Both the position numbers and the translations under genes were made by a program. A DNA stretch of 64,000 nucleotides from an uncultured Helicobacter sp. (GTDB lineage Bacteria > Campylobacterota > Campylobacteria > Campylobacterales > Helicobacteraceae). Of this stretch, positions 9,010-20,236 are shown piece by piece. Position 1 is the stretch's first letter. Each line of letters opens with the position of its first letter. Under the pieces are notes generated by a model. That model ran no database searches and had not been told where the DNA came from. It saw only the letters and a program-made list of their open reading frames with translations. The stretch is taken from NCBI GenBank assembly GCA_964464895.1, contig CAYXGY010000005.1:15061-79060 (forward strand), written 5' to 3'.

Positions 9010-9963
9010 ATGAATCTTTTTATTAAACGTAATGGTATGGTGGTAAGGGAAAGCATACAAGCCGTTGAAGCGGTGCAAGTAGATGCGGATATACTTTGGA
9101 TTGATTTGCTACATCCAACAGCGCAAGAAATAGCTTATATTTCTAAAACATATTTGTTGGACATTCCAACTAAAGAAGAGCGGGAAGAGATTGAGGAATC
9201 CTCACGTTATTGGGAAAATAGTGAAACGGTAACGATTAACACTTACTTCCTGACGCGTCCAAGCGAGGGAAATATCTTACATAACGAAACAATTACCTTT
9301 TTGATAACGCATAATATTCTTTTTACCGTGCGGTATAGTGAGTTTAAGGTGTTTGATGAAATCCAACAACGTGTGCTCGCGAGTCCTAAAAACTTTGAAG
9401 ATGGATTTGACTTGATTTCTAAAATTTTTGAATTACGTGTAGAAAAAGATGCGGATATGCTAGAGAGTATCGCAAAGCAAACGCGTCTATTGCGTCGCTC
9501 TGTCGTGTTTGATAAGAAGTTAGGCGATGAAATTTTAGAGAATTTGTCCGTTTTGCAAGAAATGCACTTGAGCTTGCGTGATAGTTTGTTTGATAAAAGG
9601 CTTGCGATTGCTGCATTATTGCGTACGCGCAAGACAGATGTAGAGGTGAAAAAAGATTTAGGAATCGTGCTAAAGGACATTAATTCACTTGTAGATTTTG
9701 CCAATGTCAATATGAATATTTTAGACAATATCCAAACGCTTTTCTCAAACCAAATCAACATTGAACAAAACAAAATTATCAAGATTTTTACAATGGTAAC
9801 CGTGGGAATGATGCCACCGACATTGATTGCTACGATTTATGGAATGAACTTCAAATATATGCCAGAGTTAGAATGGACTTACGCATATCCTGTGGTTTTA
9901 GTCATAATGATTATTTCTACGATTATTCCTTTTGTTTATTTCAAAAAGAAAAAGTGGATGTAA
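9010..9963 (+). CDS. corA: magnesium/cobalt transporter CorA
   Basis: YGMNF (GMN) motif before the last TM, two C-terminal TMs, 317 aa. Confidence 0.9.
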   Translation: MNLFIKRNGMVVRESIQAVEAVQVDADILWIDLLHPTAQEIAYISKTYLLDIPTKEEREEIEESSRYWENSETVTINTYFLTRPSEGNILHNETITFLITHNILFTVRYSEFKVFDEIQQRVLASPKNFEDGFDLISKIFELRVEKDADMLESIAKQTRLLRRSVVFDKKLGDEILENLSVLQEMHLSLRDSLFDKRLAIAALLRTRKTDVEVKKDLGIVLKDINSLVDFANVNMNILDNIQTLFSNQINIEQNKIIKIFTMVTVGMMPPTLIATIYGMNFKYMPELEWTYAYPVVLVIMIISTIIPFVYFKKKKWM

Positions 9964-10019
9964 GGGGGATTAGAGGGGCAGGGGGTTGGATATATGCTTA
10001 AGATTGCGAGATTTTAACC

Positions 10020-10607
10020 CTATACTCCTATTTGTTTCCAATAGATTTGCAATTCTTGCGCAATTGTTTTAGAATCTTTGTCTTGTAGTGTTGGATTGGT
10101 TAAAAATTCTAAAGTCGCTAAAAAACGATTCTTGGGCATAAAACCGGGATAGATAAACAATTCTTTGCCTTCCTTGCTCAAAAAAACGAGTGTGGGAGTA
10201 GGTTTAATATTGTATCTTAAAGCCAAATCTGTCGTGCTTAAAGTTTGATTGAGGAAATCAACCTGATGTGTTTTAGTATAACTAATGTTAATATAATAGG
10301 GAGCATAATTGGCTTTTAAAAATTCTTTAATTTCGTAATCCTCTTTAATGAGCTTTTTTAATCTGTCGCAATACACACAGCCATTTGCCGAAAAAACTAA
10401 GAAATAAGGGAGTTGTTGGCTTGTGATTTTGCTCGTTTCTAAAAATACATCAGAAACTTCTGCATAAGAGTTTCTATCTATGTTTTCCATTGCCAATAAT
10501 TGCTCTTTGGTATTGTTTGTGCCACTAGAGATAATTTCTTTGCCTACCTCTCCCTCGCACGCTCCAAAAGTCAATAAAATACAGATAAGAAAATATAATT
10601 TTTTCAT
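10020..10607 (-). CDS. thioredoxin-fold lipoprotein (thiol:disulfide oxidoreductase-like)
   Basis: Lipobox LTFGAC and a CVYC redox motif. I moved the start to the second ATG, which has AAGGA 7 nt upstream. Confidence 0.6.
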   Translation of the reverse strand: MKKLYFLICILLTFGACEGEVGKEIISSGTNNTKEQLLAMENIDRNSYAEVSDVFLETSKITSQQLPYFLVFSANGCVYCDRLKKLIKEDYEIKEFLKANYAPYYINISYTKTHQVDFLNQTLSTTDLALRYNIKPTPTLVFLSKEGKELFIYPGFMPKNRFLATLEFLTNPTLQDKDSKTIAQELQIYWKQIGV

Positions 10608-10652
10608 TTTAATTCCTTTGTTAATGTGCAATTATAGCTAAAAATGCCCATT

Positions 10653-11264
10653 TTACATTCCTTGCATTAAGAGATTCCATAGATTATCCACTTCTGTTTC
10701 TTCTAAAAACTCTCCTTGAAAAGCAAGCCATTGCGCAATATGTGTTTGACTAAATACTGCGCCTTGCATACATTCCTTATGTCCGCAGACTAATCCTCTA
10801 CCCAAGATTATTTCATTTTGCAAGGGACGTTCGCAAATCAAGCAGGTTTGTAGTGTGTTGTCCCTCCCCTCAAAGTGCAACAATTTAGAGTATAAATTAA
10901 GAATCGCACGTTTGGGATTCTCCCTCTCTAGTCGCTTTGCGCCTTCTTCTAAATGTTCAAAGTAGAAAGAATCCAAGTTTGAAATATCTCTTAAATGTGC
11001 ATTTAAAAGGTTTAAATATTGTTGCCAAAAATATCTTTTTTGTGCGTCTCTCTCCCAATTAAAGTTTAAATGGATTGGCTCTCTTAGGCGTCCAATTTCA
11101 CGCAAATCTTGTTCTATGGTAAAGTCAATTTTATGTCCTAAATGCACGACACTATGGCGCGCACCATAGAATCTATAAAGCGTATAAAGTTGGCTTTGTG
11201 TAAGGATTCTAACGAGCAAATCTTCCTCGCGCACGCGTAAGGTGTGTAGAATATAGCCTTGCAA
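10653..11264 (-). CDS. recO: DNA repair protein RecO
   Basis: 203 aa with an N-terminal OB-like segment (MQGYILHTLRVREEDLLVRILT) and a Cys-rich Zn motif (CLICERP...CGHKEC). Confidence 0.75.
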   Translation of the reverse strand: MQGYILHTLRVREEDLLVRILTQSQLYTLYRFYGARHSVVHLGHKIDFTIEQDLREIGRLREPIHLNFNWERDAQKRYFWQQYLNLLNAHLRDISNLDSFYFEHLEEGAKRLERENPKRAILNLYSKLLHFEGRDNTLQTCLICERPLQNEIILGRGLVCGHKECMQGAVFSQTHIAQWLAFQGEFLEETEVDNLWNLLMQGM

Positions 11265-11314
11265 AATCTACCTTTTTATCTTTAATTTTGGCAGAATCTT
11301 AGCATAAATTATTC

Positions 11315-11761
11315 TTATGGGCATTGATAAAGATTAGCAGTAACCTCCAAATAAACCAAAAAGGCTTCATCAGGATAGAGATTTTTAAGAGATTCGCAGT
11401 TTGATGTGGTTTTGTGGTCTAAAAACGTAAATACCCTTTGTATTTTGCAGATCTCTTTTTTCTCTTTTATGACTATTTTTACATTTTCTCCAAACTTCGC
11501 TGCTCTATTCCTTAATTGAATATCAACGTCTTGCTTGAATCTGCTTTCATTAACTGAATTAACATTAAAAGTTACAAGTTCTTGGATGCCACTTTTTGCG
11601 TGGATTTCTCCTAAAAATTTGCAATTATTTGGAGCTGTTTGTAAAAATGTTACTTTTTCAGCTTCTGGAGTTGCTTCTATGGTTCGTGGTGCTACGCAAC
11701 CCGCAAAAAGAATCCCAATTAAAATACAAAAGCTATAATTTAAAGATTTTATTATCTTCAT
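11315..11761 (-). CDS. lipoprotein of unknown function
   Basis: Signal peptide plus lipobox (ILFAGC), 148 aa. Confidence 0.5.
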   Translation of the reverse strand: MKIIKSLNYSFCILIGILFAGCVAPRTIEATPEAEKVTFLQTAPNNCKFLGEIHAKSGIQELVTFNVNSVNESRFKQDVDIQLRNRAAKFGENVKIVIKEKKEICKIQRVFTFLDHKTTSNCESLKNLYPDEAFLVYLEVTANLYQCP

Positions 11762-11804
11762 CGTAGTTCCCTATTGCTAAACGAGAATAATAACTCTCGT
11801 TTTT

Positions 11805-11915
11805 TTATTTTTTAGGTGGATTGTTTCCACGTCCTCCGCCTGATGGATTTCCAGTTGTGCTGGGACCATTAGGCGGTCTTGGATTAGAATGTTCTAATAT
11901 AATTCCAAAACACAT
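11805..11915 (-). CDS. 36-aa Pro/Gly/Asn-rich mini-ORF divergent from the XRE regulator (not in ORF track)
   Basis: Reads MCFGIILEHSNPRPPNGPSTTGNPSGGGRGNNPPKK, with AGGAG 6 nt upstream of the ATG (TGAAAGGAGATAGATATG). Confidence 0.3.
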   Translation of the reverse strand: MCFGIILEHSNPRPPNGPSTTGNPSGGGRGNNPPKK

Positions 11916-11936
11916 ATCTATCTCCTTTCATAAAAT

Positions 11937-11954
11937 ACTCTATCATAATAGAGT
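11937..11954. promoter_or_regulatory. operator-like palindrome 1 in the divergent promoter region
   Basis: ACTCTAT-cata-ATAGAGT is a perfect 7-bp inverted repeat. Confidence 0.45.
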
Positions 11955-11986
11955 GAAAAAGAATTATAAACAAACTAAACTTAAAT

Positions 11987-12004
11987 AATCTATTATAGTA
12001 GAGT
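11987..12004. promoter_or_regulatory. operator-like site 2 (15/18 identical to site 1, 50 bp away)
   Basis: AATCTATTATAGTAGAGT versus ACTCTATCATAATAGAGT. It abuts the GTG start of the XRE gene. Confidence 0.4.
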
Positions 12005-12010
12005 GTTTAG

Positions 12011-12265
12011 GTGAGTGCTAAGAATATATATGATTTCAAAGATGAGGAAATTAGACAATTTCATCAGAAAATCGCAAAAAATGTTGCGAAAATCCGCAAA
12101 GCAAAAAAGATTTCTCAACTTGAATTAAGCTTGTCTTTGGGCTATCAATCTGTTTCTTTGGTGGCAGGTGCTGAAGCAGGATATAAAAACATTCATTTTA
12201 ATTTGGAGCATTTGTATAAGATTTCTCAAATTTTAGAAGTAGAAATTATTGAATTCTTTAAATAA
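12011..12265 (+). CDS. XRE-family helix-turn-helix transcriptional regulator
   Basis: 84 aa with an HTH_3-like core (IRKAKKISQLELSLSLGYQSVSLV). Confidence 0.8.
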   Translation: MSAKNIYDFKDEEIRQFHQKIAKNVAKIRKAKKISQLELSLSLGYQSVSLVAGAEAGYKNIHFNLEHLYKISQILEVEIIEFFK

Positions 12266-12384
12266 CTTTGCAATGAGATTCAAACAGATTTTATTTTATT
12301 GTGAGCATCCACTACATCATTGATTGCAAGGTTTTAGCCGAAGCAATCCATAATCTAGCATATCAAAAGATTCAATTAATGATT

Positions 12385-12954
12385 TTAAGTGTATAAAGTA
12401 TGCTCTAAAAGCACTTTAAATCCAAGCAGAATCAAAATACATCCCGCACTCACTTCCAAAATGCGTGTGGGGAATGTCGCAAAAGTCTTGCTCAAGATAT
12501 AGGTGATAAAAACACAGATAAAGGTAACAACCCCAATCCAAGACGCACTATTCATTAAGGGAATATTTTGTGAAAATATCAGCACGCCCGCTGCGAGTGC
12601 GTCTATGCTTGTTGCGATTCCAATGATAAGCAAAACCAACGATGAAAGGCTTTTTCGTGTTTGTTCCTCTTCATTGGAGCTAGAATCCTTAATGATTTTT
12701 AGCCCTAAAGCCAAAAAGACGATAAAAGTAATCCAATGGTCAAATGTATCTGCAAAATGTGAGAAACTCTCATTGGCAAGCCATAGTCCAGCCCATCCAA
12801 GAATTGGCATTAGCGTTTGGAAGAATGCGGTAACGAGTGCAATTTTTAACCCATTTTGAATACGCCATTTTTCGTATAATCCATAGGAGAATGCAACAAC
12901 GCACGCATCTACTGCTAGTGTGAGCCCGAGTAAGAGAATCTCTAAAGAAACCAT
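12385..12954 (-). CDS. mntP: manganese efflux pump MntP family
   Basis: 189 aa, six TM segments. The N-terminus LTLAVDACVVAFSYG is typical of DUF204/MntP. Confidence 0.75.
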   Translation of the reverse strand: MVSLEILLLGLTLAVDACVVAFSYGLYEKWRIQNGLKIALVTAFFQTLMPILGWAGLWLANESFSHFADTFDHWITFIVFLALGLKIIKDSSSNEEEQTRKSLSSLVLLIIGIATSIDALAAGVLIFSQNIPLMNSASWIGVVTFICVFITYILSKTFATFPTRILEVSAGCILILLGFKVLLEHTLYT

Positions 12955-12957
12955 TGA

Positions 12958-13743
12958 TTAAGAAAGGTTTGCAAGTCCCTCTGTGGGAGAACTTGCAGTC
13001 GCATAAGGTTTTTTGGGGATTCTGCCCGCAAGATAGCTTGCGCGTCCTGCACGCACCGCATCACGCATAGCCTGTGCCATAAGAATCGGATTTCTTGCCT
13101 GTGCAATGGCAGTATTCGTAAGCACAGCATCTGCTCCAAGTTCCATTGCAACCGCGGCGTCTGATGCGCAGCCTACACCTGCATCTACAATCACAGGCAC
13201 TTGAATAGCTTCTTTAATGAAACCAATATTGTAGCGATTCTGTATGCCAAGCCCACTACCAATAGGGGCGGCAAGTGGCATTACTGCACTTGCTCCAGCA
13301 TTTTCCAAATGCTTTGCCATAATCGGGTCATCATTGCTATAAGCCAACACACAAAAGCCGTCTTTCGCAAGAATCTCACAAGCCTTGAGCGTTTCTAGCA
13401 CATCAGGATAGAGTGTTTTTTGTGTATCTCCAATGATTTCTAGCTTAATGAAATCAATGCCTGTGGCTTCACGCGTGAGGCGAAAGAGGGTAATAGCTTC
13501 TTGCGCATTCACACAGCCAGCGGAGTTTGGCAAAAATTGAATCTTGCTTCCTTTGAAATAATCTAATAAGTTTTCCTCTTTGGGATTCGTGATATTGACG
13601 CGTCTAATGGCAACGGTGATGATTTCTGCTTCCGAAGCTTTTGTGGCATCAAAAGTTGTTTGAAAGTCTTTGTATTTGCCACTACCCACGATAAGGCGAC
13701 TTTGAAAAGTTTGCTTTCCGATTCTTAAAGGATTGTCATTCAT
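12958..13743 (-). CDS. thiG: thiazole synthase ThiG
   Basis: [20 protein letters not shown] and VDAGVG motifs. Start trimmed to MNDNPLRIG. Confidence 0.9.
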   Translation of the reverse strand: MNDNPLRIGKQTFQSRLIVGSGKYKDFQTTFDATKASEAEIITVAIRRVNITNPKEENLLDYFKGSKIQFLPNSAGCVNAQEAITLFRLTREATGIDFIKLEIIGDTQKTLYPDVLETLKACEILAKDGFCVLAYSNDDPIMAKHLENAGASAVMPLAAPIGSGLGIQNRYNIGFIKEAIQVPVIVDAGVGCASDAAVAMELGADAVLTNTAIAQARNPILMAQAMRDAVRAGRASYLAGRIPKKPYATASSPTEGLANLS

Positions 13744-13768
13744 AAAGGATTCCTTGTGGTATAAAATC

Positions 13769-15214
13769 CTAAATATAGCGGATTTGCTCAATTAAATCAA
13801 GGGGATTAAGCGAAAAGTCATTGCAATTTTTCTTAATCTCTTGTGCGCAAAAGCTATGTAACAAAACGCCCATAATTGCAGAATCTAGTAAAGAATACCT
13901 TTGCGCTAAAAATCCACCAATGATTCCTGCTAGCACATCGCCACTGCCACCTTTGGCTAAAATGTTTGAACCAAAGGGATTGACATAGACTTCTTTGTCT
14001 TTGCAAATAAGCGTATTTGCGCCTTTTAACACCAAAACGATATGAGGATAGGCTCGGCAGAATTCTAAGGCATAAGTGATTCTGTCTTGTTGCAAATCTT
14101 GCGTGGAGAGAGTGGCGATTTTTAATGTTTTTAGAATCTGTGTAAATTCTTTGGGGTGAGGCGTGAGAATGATTTGTTTGTGGTTTGAGAGAATCTCCAA
14201 AAAGGCAGAATGATAGAAAATATCCGCATCAAGCAATAAAGGAATATTTTGCGATAAATGTGAGAGGAAATGCGGTAATGGATTCTTAACCCCTAATCCC
14301 ATACCAAGCAAAATTGCGTTTGCATTGTCGGGAATCTCTCTTGGATTCATTAGGCTAAAGGGTAGATTGGGGATTTTCTCTTGAGAAATGACACTCACAA
14401 GCCCAGCTCCGCTCCTAAGTCCTGCTAGCGCACTTAGAATCCCTGCTCCCGTTTTCCCCCCCGCATAGACGCATAAATGTCCAAAATTTCCCTTGTTGGT
14501 GTTTTGTGTGTTTCTATGAGGTGCTTTGAAATCACTTTTTTCTAATAATTTCAAGGGAGAATTGGGAGCAAAAACCTCCGCACTCACTCCCAAATCTATC
14601 AAATGCACTTCGCCTACAAAGTCTTTTGCCAAATCGCAAAAAAGCGCGCATTTCAATGCCCCCATACTCAAAGTAAAGTCAGCCTTGAAGGCGGTTTTTC
14701 CACCAAGCGCACCAGATTGTGAAATTCCACTTGGAATATCACAGGCGATTTTGATTGCATCAAGTTCGTTTAAAGTCTGCAAAATTTTAGTGGTTTCTAA
14801 GTCTAGCTGTCCTTTAAAGCCTGCACCGAAGATTCCATCAATCACAATATCAAACATTTCTGTTGCCTTTAAGGATTTGAGGAATCTTAAATCTACTTTG
14901 GAATTTGACTTCAATGCCTCTAATCGTTTGAGCTGCATTGTGCATAAGGGACTTTTTGTGTTTTTGGGCAAAAAAAGAGAGACTTCACAGATTCCGCAGA
15001 GCATTCTCGCAAGAGCCAAGCAATCTGCGCCATTATCGCCACTCCCGCATACAAACAATATTTTTAGTTTTTTTGTGGAATCTGTCAAAAAGCGGCTTTT
15101 GATAAAATCACACATTCCGCTTGCGGCATTTTCCATAAGTAATTCTGGGGATAGATAGAAATGCTCTGTCGCATAGTGGTCTAATTCGCGTGTGTTGAAA
15201 AATAGATTTTTCAT
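13769..15214 (-). CDS. nnr: bifunctional NAD(P)H-hydrate repair enzyme Nnr (epimerase + ADP-dependent dehydratase)
   Basis: N-terminal YjeF-N ([10 protein letters not shown]) and C-terminal carbohydrate-kinase domain ([13 protein letters not shown]). Confidence 0.85.
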   Translation of the reverse strand: MKNLFFNTRELDHYATEHFYLSPELLMENAASGMCDFIKSRFLTDSTKKLKILFVCGSGDNGADCLALARMLCGICEVSLFLPKNTKSPLCTMQLKRLEALKSNSKVDLRFLKSLKATEMFDIVIDGIFGAGFKGQLDLETTKILQTLNELDAIKIACDIPSGISQSGALGGKTAFKADFTLSMGALKCALFCDLAKDFVGEVHLIDLGVSAEVFAPNSPLKLLEKSDFKAPHRNTQNTNKGNFGHLCVYAGGKTGAGILSALAGLRSGAGLVSVISQEKIPNLPFSLMNPREIPDNANAILLGMGLGVKNPLPHFLSHLSQNIPLLLDADIFYHSAFLEILSNHKQIILTPHPKEFTQILKTLKIATLSTQDLQQDRITYALEFCRAYPHIVLVLKGANTLICKDKEVYVNPFGSNILAKGGSGDVLAGIIGGFLAQRYSLLDSAIMGVLLHSFCAQEIKKNCNDFSLNPLDLIEQIRYI

Positions 15215-15273
15215 TTTGGATTCCTTACAAGTGTAAAACTTTTGGAATCTTAACAAAATATGCTATAAATTCA

Positions 15274-15756
15274 ATGTTAAAAAATATTTATAAAAGATTT
15301 TTTATGATTTTTAAGAGCGTTTTCTTAACTTTCTATATCGTCCTTTTTGCATTTTTTTGTTTCACAGGTTGCAAGGAAAACGAGAAGTCAAAAACAAACA
15401 AAGACAAAAATGCGACATTAGAAAATAATGCGACAAGTTTTTTAAATTCCAAAACAAAAGAGGAAGAGATTTCGCAAGAGTCTCCTTTGCAGCAGCAACT
15501 AAAAAAGAATCTCAAGAGCCATTTGAATGATTTGAGTAAAGAACTGCAAGATAAAAATTTAAATCATTTGCAATTGGAGCAAAACACAGGAATGCAAAAG
15601 CATATAGAGCATTTTGAGAGTTTGCACGGACGCAAAGATATTCCTAAAAATAATTCTTCGCAAGAGAGTTTAAATCAAAAAATACAAAAAGCCTATCATT
15701 TGCAGCAAGAGAGGATTGAAGAATTGCGTCAAAAAAATGATGAAATGAGCAAATAG
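15274..15756 (+). CDS. Lys/Glu/Gln-rich lipoprotein of unknown function
   Basis: Lipobox (FTGC) followed by a low-complexity coiled-coil-like sequence. Confidence 0.45.
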   Translation: MLKNIYKRFFMIFKSVFLTFYIVLFAFFCFTGCKENEKSKTNKDKNATLENNATSFLNSKTKEEEISQESPLQQQLKKNLKSHLNDLSKELQDKNLNHLQLEQNTGMQKHIEHFESLHGRKDIPKNNSSQESLNQKIQKAYHLQQERIEELRQKNDEMSK

Positions 15757-15827
15757 CACGAAATTTACTAGATTATTAAGTAAGTTTTGATTAAAATTAC
15801 AAATTTTGAAATTCAATTAAAGGCTAG

Positions 15828-16544
<717 letters not shown>

Positions 16545-16569
16545 TAACTAATTCAAATAAAGGAAAAAA

Positions 16570-16788
16570 ATGAGAATTGAAGAAATAGCTTCTAAAGCAC
16601 TAGAGCAAGTTAAGGGTGATAGATATTTATTGTCAAATATTTTATTTATGAGAATTGATGAATTAAGTCGTGGGGCAACGCCACTTGTAAATAAAGACAT
16701 CAAAATCGATAAACTTTCCGATATTGCATTGCTTGAAGTTGCAGAGGGTAAAATCAGCCTAGACAAAATTGAGGAATCACAAAATTAG
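16570..16788 (+). CDS. rpoZ: DNA-directed RNA polymerase subunit omega
   Basis: 72 aa, with the DRYLL-type motif (GDRYLLSNILFMRIDEL). Position is between pyrH and spoT. Confidence 0.7.
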   Translation: MRIEEIASKALEQVKGDRYLLSNILFMRIDELSRGATPLVNKDIKIDKLSDIALLEVAEGKISLDKIEESQN

Positions 16789-16841
16789 TCTTGCAATGGA
16801 ATGCAGTTAAAGATTTTAAGAGTCAGGCAAAAAGGTAAAAT

Positions 16842-18989
16842 TTGGAATTTTTAAAACAAGTTGCAGAAATCACTAGTCCTAAAGCAGCGTTAGAATTATT
16901 GTATTCTATGGTAGAGGAAACGTCAAATATCCAAAATGCAGTTGCTTTTGCCACGCAGGCACACGAGGACCAAAAGCGTAGAAGTGGAGAGCCTTATATC
17001 GTGCATCCTTTACTTGTTGCGTGCATTGTAGCGCATTTTGGTGGAGATGAGGTAATGGTGAGCGCAGCACTTTTGCACGATGTCGTAGAGGATACAGAAT
17101 GGACATTGGCAGATATTACGCGAGATTATGGTGAAGATATTGCCTCGCTTGTAGATGGTCTTACAAAGATTGTAGCGATTCGTGCGGAGGAATTGCCCGC
17201 CTCACATTCTAACGAAAAACTTGTTGTCGCAGCGTTGAGTTTCCGCAAAATGTTAATTACTTCAGTCAAAGATGTGCGCGTGCTTGTCGTGAAGCTGTGT
17301 GATAGGCTACACAATATGCTTACACTTGGTGCTTTGCCTCCCAACAAACAAAGAAGAATCTCGGAAGAAACTCTAGTTGTTTATGCACCAATTGCTCATC
17401 GCTTGGGGATTTCTTCTTTGAAAAACGAATTAGAAGACCGCAGTTTTTATTATATTTTCCCCCAAGAATACCGCAAGATAGATGACTATTTTTTAAGCCA
17501 TAAGCAAACGATTCAATTAAAGCTTAATGCCTTTATCCAAAAGGTTAGAAAAAGTCTTGTGCAAGAGGGAGTGCCAGAGGGTGATTTCACCATTGCAAGT
17601 CGGATTAAGCGGCATTATTCTATTTATCTAAAAATGCAACGCAAAGGGATTTCTATTGATGAAGTCTTGGATTTGTTGGCAATTCGTGTGATTGTGAAAA
17701 CCCCTTTAGATTGTTATAAGGTTTTAGGAATTTTGCATTTGAGATTCAAGCCCATTATGTCACGTTTCAAAGATTATATTGCCTTGCCTAAGGAAAATGG
17801 CTATCAAACAATTCATAGCACTTTGTTTGATGATTCGGCTATTTTTGAAGTGCAGATTCGCACAGAAGATATGCACAAAAGCGCAGAATATGGAATCGCA
17901 GCACATTGGAAATATAAAACCGGTGGCAATAGCGGTCCTAGCCTTGATTGGCTGAATAAATTGCAGTTTCAAAATAATTCCATTGAGGAATTTTATGAAC
18001 TAGTGAAAAACGATTTGTATCGTGAGGATATTGTTGTTTTTTCACCCGATGGAGATAATTATTCTCTGCCTATCGGTGCAGTGGTATTGGATTTTGCCTA
18101 TGCAGTGCATACAGAAGTAGGAAATCGTGCAAAAGAAGCGTATGTGAATAATCAAAAATCTTCCTTGCTAACAACATTAAAGAGCGGAGATATTGTCAAA
18201 ATCGTCACCGCAAAAGATACGATTTTACGATGTTCTTGGATTGATGCAGTTAAAACTTCGCGTGCAAAGAGCCAAATTAAAATGAATTGTGCAACTCGGA
18301 TCAAGGAGATTGAACGCAAAAGCGCAATTAATATTATTGCGACTATTTTTGGCAAGAGCGCAGAAGAGATTGAGCGGTTTATCCAACAGAATGATTTAGA
18401 AGACACGATTTATCGTGCAACGACAGACATCGGATTCTTAAAAGATGTCAAAAATCGTATCAAAAATTATTATAAGCGCAACGCAGGATTCTTAGAGCAA
18501 ATCAAATTTAGAATTTTAAAACTCAAGGAATTGCATTTTGATAATCTCGTGATTGAGACAAATCACACAATTAATCAAGCCGTGTTTGATTATTGTTGCC
18601 ACCCAAAGTTTGGTGATTCTGTTGTTGCGTTTAAGAGTGGTTCTAAGGCTTTTGTGCATCATAAGCTTTGTGAGCGGGCATATTTGGAGATTCAAAAGGG
18701 CGTCAAGATGCTTTATATAGATTGGCTAGAGGATAAGTTGCATACTTATAAGCTCATTATTGCATTAGAAAATCAAAAGGGTGTGTTAGCCAATTTCCTA
18801 ACTTTTCTAGCCAAGCAGGATATTAATGTCTTGGGTGTGGAGCTAGGCTCGCAAAAAAGCACTTATGCAACCCATTGTGAGTTGCGTTTTGAATCTAGTA
18901 TTGCGGATATTAAAGAACTCAAAAGTTTGTTTGGTAATAATTATAAAATCATAGAAGTACAGGCACTCAAAGATGCGTATGCAGATTAA
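16842..18989 (+). CDS. spoT: bifunctional (p)ppGpp synthetase/hydrolase SpoT/RelA
   Basis: HD domain (HDVVEDT), synthetase domain (YQTIHSTL), and TGS and ACT-like C-terminal regions over 715 aa. TTG start. Confidence 0.9.
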   Translation: MEFLKQVAEITSPKAALELLYSMVEETSNIQNAVAFATQAHEDQKRRSGEPYIVHPLLVACIVAHFGGDEVMVSAALLHDVVEDTEWTLADITRDYGEDIASLVDGLTKIVAIRAEELPASHSNEKLVVAALSFRKMLITSVKDVRVLVVKLCDRLHNMLTLGALPPNKQRRISEETLVVYAPIAHRLGISSLKNELEDRSFYYIFPQEYRKIDDYFLSHKQTIQLKLNAFIQKVRKSLVQEGVPEGDFTIASRIKRHYSIYLKMQRKGISIDEVLDLLAIRVIVKTPLDCYKVLGILHLRFKPIMSRFKDYIALPKENGYQTIHSTLFDDSAIFEVQIRTEDMHKSAEYGIAAHWKYKTGGNSGPSLDWLNKLQFQNNSIEEFYELVKNDLYREDIVVFSPDGDNYSLPIGAVVLDFAYAVHTEVGNRAKEAYVNNQKSSLLTTLKSGDIVKIVTAKDTILRCSWIDAVKTSRAKSQIKMNCATRIKEIERKSAINIIATIFGKSAEEIERFIQQNDLEDTIYRATTDIGFLKDVKNRIKNYYKRNAGFLEQIKFRILKLKELHFDNLVIETNHTINQAVFDYCCHPKFGDSVVAFKSGSKAFVHHKLCERAYLEIQKGVKMLYIDWLEDKLHTYKLIIALENQKGVLANFLTFLAKQDINVLGVELGSQKSTYATHCELRFESSIADIKELKSLFGNNYKIIEVQALKDAYAD

Positions 18990-19004
18990 TGGATAGGAGT
19001 ATGT

Positions 19005-20219
19005 ATGAACACAGAATCACAAATCAATCTTGCCTTAGAAGAAATTAAACGCGGTACGCAAGAGATTATCGGATTTGAATATATCAAGGATTTAGTCAGT
19101 GCATATTTCAAAGAGGGAAAGACTTTTAGTATCAAGGCAGGTTTTGACCCGACTGCACCAGATTTGCATTTGGGGCATACGGTGCTTTTGCAAAAGCTTG
19201 CAACTTTTCAAAAATATGGCGCAAAGGTTTATTTTCTCATTGGTGATTTTACAGGAATGATTGGCGACCCAAGTGGCAAGAGTGAAACACGTAAGCCTTT
19301 AAGCAAAGAGCAAGTGCTCGCTAATGCAAAAACTTATCAAGAGCAAGTTACCAAAGTACTAGATAAAGACAAAATGGAAATCGTTTTTAACTCTTCGTGG
19401 TTAGATAAGCTTGGCACACGTGGAATGATTGAGCTAGCGGCAAAATTTTCAGTTGCTAGAATGCTAGAACGTGATGATTTTGAAAAACGTTTCAAAAGTC
19501 AAAGCCCCATTAGTATTGTGGAATTTTTTTATCCCTTATTGCAGGGTTACGATTCTGTGGCACTAAATTGTGATATTGAATTTGGTGGAACAGACCAAAA
19601 GTTTAATTTGTTAATGGGAAGACAACTACAACGCGCGTATGGATTAGATAAAGAGCAGTCTGTCGTAATGGTACCATTGCTTGAAGGACTAGATGGGGTG
19701 CATAAAATGAGTAAAAGCTTGGGAAATTATATTGGAATCACTCAAGAGCCCAAAGAAATGTTTGGACGACTTTTGAGTATTTCCGATGCGTTAATGTGGC
19801 GATATTATGAATTACTTAGCGCAAAAAGCATACAAGAAATAGAATCTTTAAAGCAAGGTGTAGCAAATGGCGGCTTGCATCCAAAGGCGGTTAAAGAAGA
19901 TTTAGCAGTGGAGATTATTACACGTTATTATGATGAAGAGCGTGCATTAAATGCTAAAGAGGAATTTACGAGAATCTTCGCCAAAGAAGAATTACCAAGC
20001 ACTATGCCACAATTTAATAAGCCCGACGGAATCTGGATTGCTCAGCTTTTAAGTGAATGCGAACTTTGTGCGTCAAATTCGGAAGCCTTGCGATTAATCA
20101 AGCAAGGTGGCGTGAAGTTGGATAGCAAGAGAATTGAGGATTCTAAGTTAAATTTAAGCAAAGGTGAATATATTTTGCAAGTTGGCAAACGTAAATTCGC
20201 TAAAATTATTATTCAATAA
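19005..20219 (+). CDS. tyrS: tyrosine--tRNA ligase
   Basis: HIGH variant (DLHLGH) and KMSKS motifs, with a C-terminal S4 domain. Confidence 0.95.
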   Translation: MNTESQINLALEEIKRGTQEIIGFEYIKDLVSAYFKEGKTFSIKAGFDPTAPDLHLGHTVLLQKLATFQKYGAKVYFLIGDFTGMIGDPSGKSETRKPLSKEQVLANAKTYQEQVTKVLDKDKMEIVFNSSWLDKLGTRGMIELAAKFSVARMLERDDFEKRFKSQSPISIVEFFYPLLQGYDSVALNCDIEFGGTDQKFNLLMGRQLQRAYGLDKEQSVVMVPLLEGLDGVHKMSKSLGNYIGITQEPKEMFGRLLSISDALMWRYYELLSAKSIQEIESLKQGVANGGLHPKAVKEDLAVEIITRYYDEERALNAKEEFTRIFAKEELPSTMPQFNKPDGIWIAQLLSECELCASNSEALRLIKQGGVKLDSKRIEDSKLNLSKGEYILQVGKRKFAKIIIQ

Positions 20220-20236
20220 ATTTTAAAAGGAAAAAT

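Noticed and set aside
9243-9782. 179-aa ORF antisense to corA.
   Set aside because: It is fully contained in the corA frame, which has the GMN motif and TM topology. Its translation is Ser/Lys/Ile-rich low complexity, typical of AT-rich antisense strands.
14456-14462. C7 (G7 on the coding strand) homopolymer inside nnr as a phase-variation tract.
   Set aside because: It is short for a contingency tract, encodes a conserved Gly-rich motif region (YAGGKTGAG) and lies in a housekeeping gene that is in frame.
14526-15158. 210-aa ORF antisense to nnr.
   Set aside because: It lies inside a confidently identified nnr gene, with no motifs and a Ser/Lys/Pro-rich composition.
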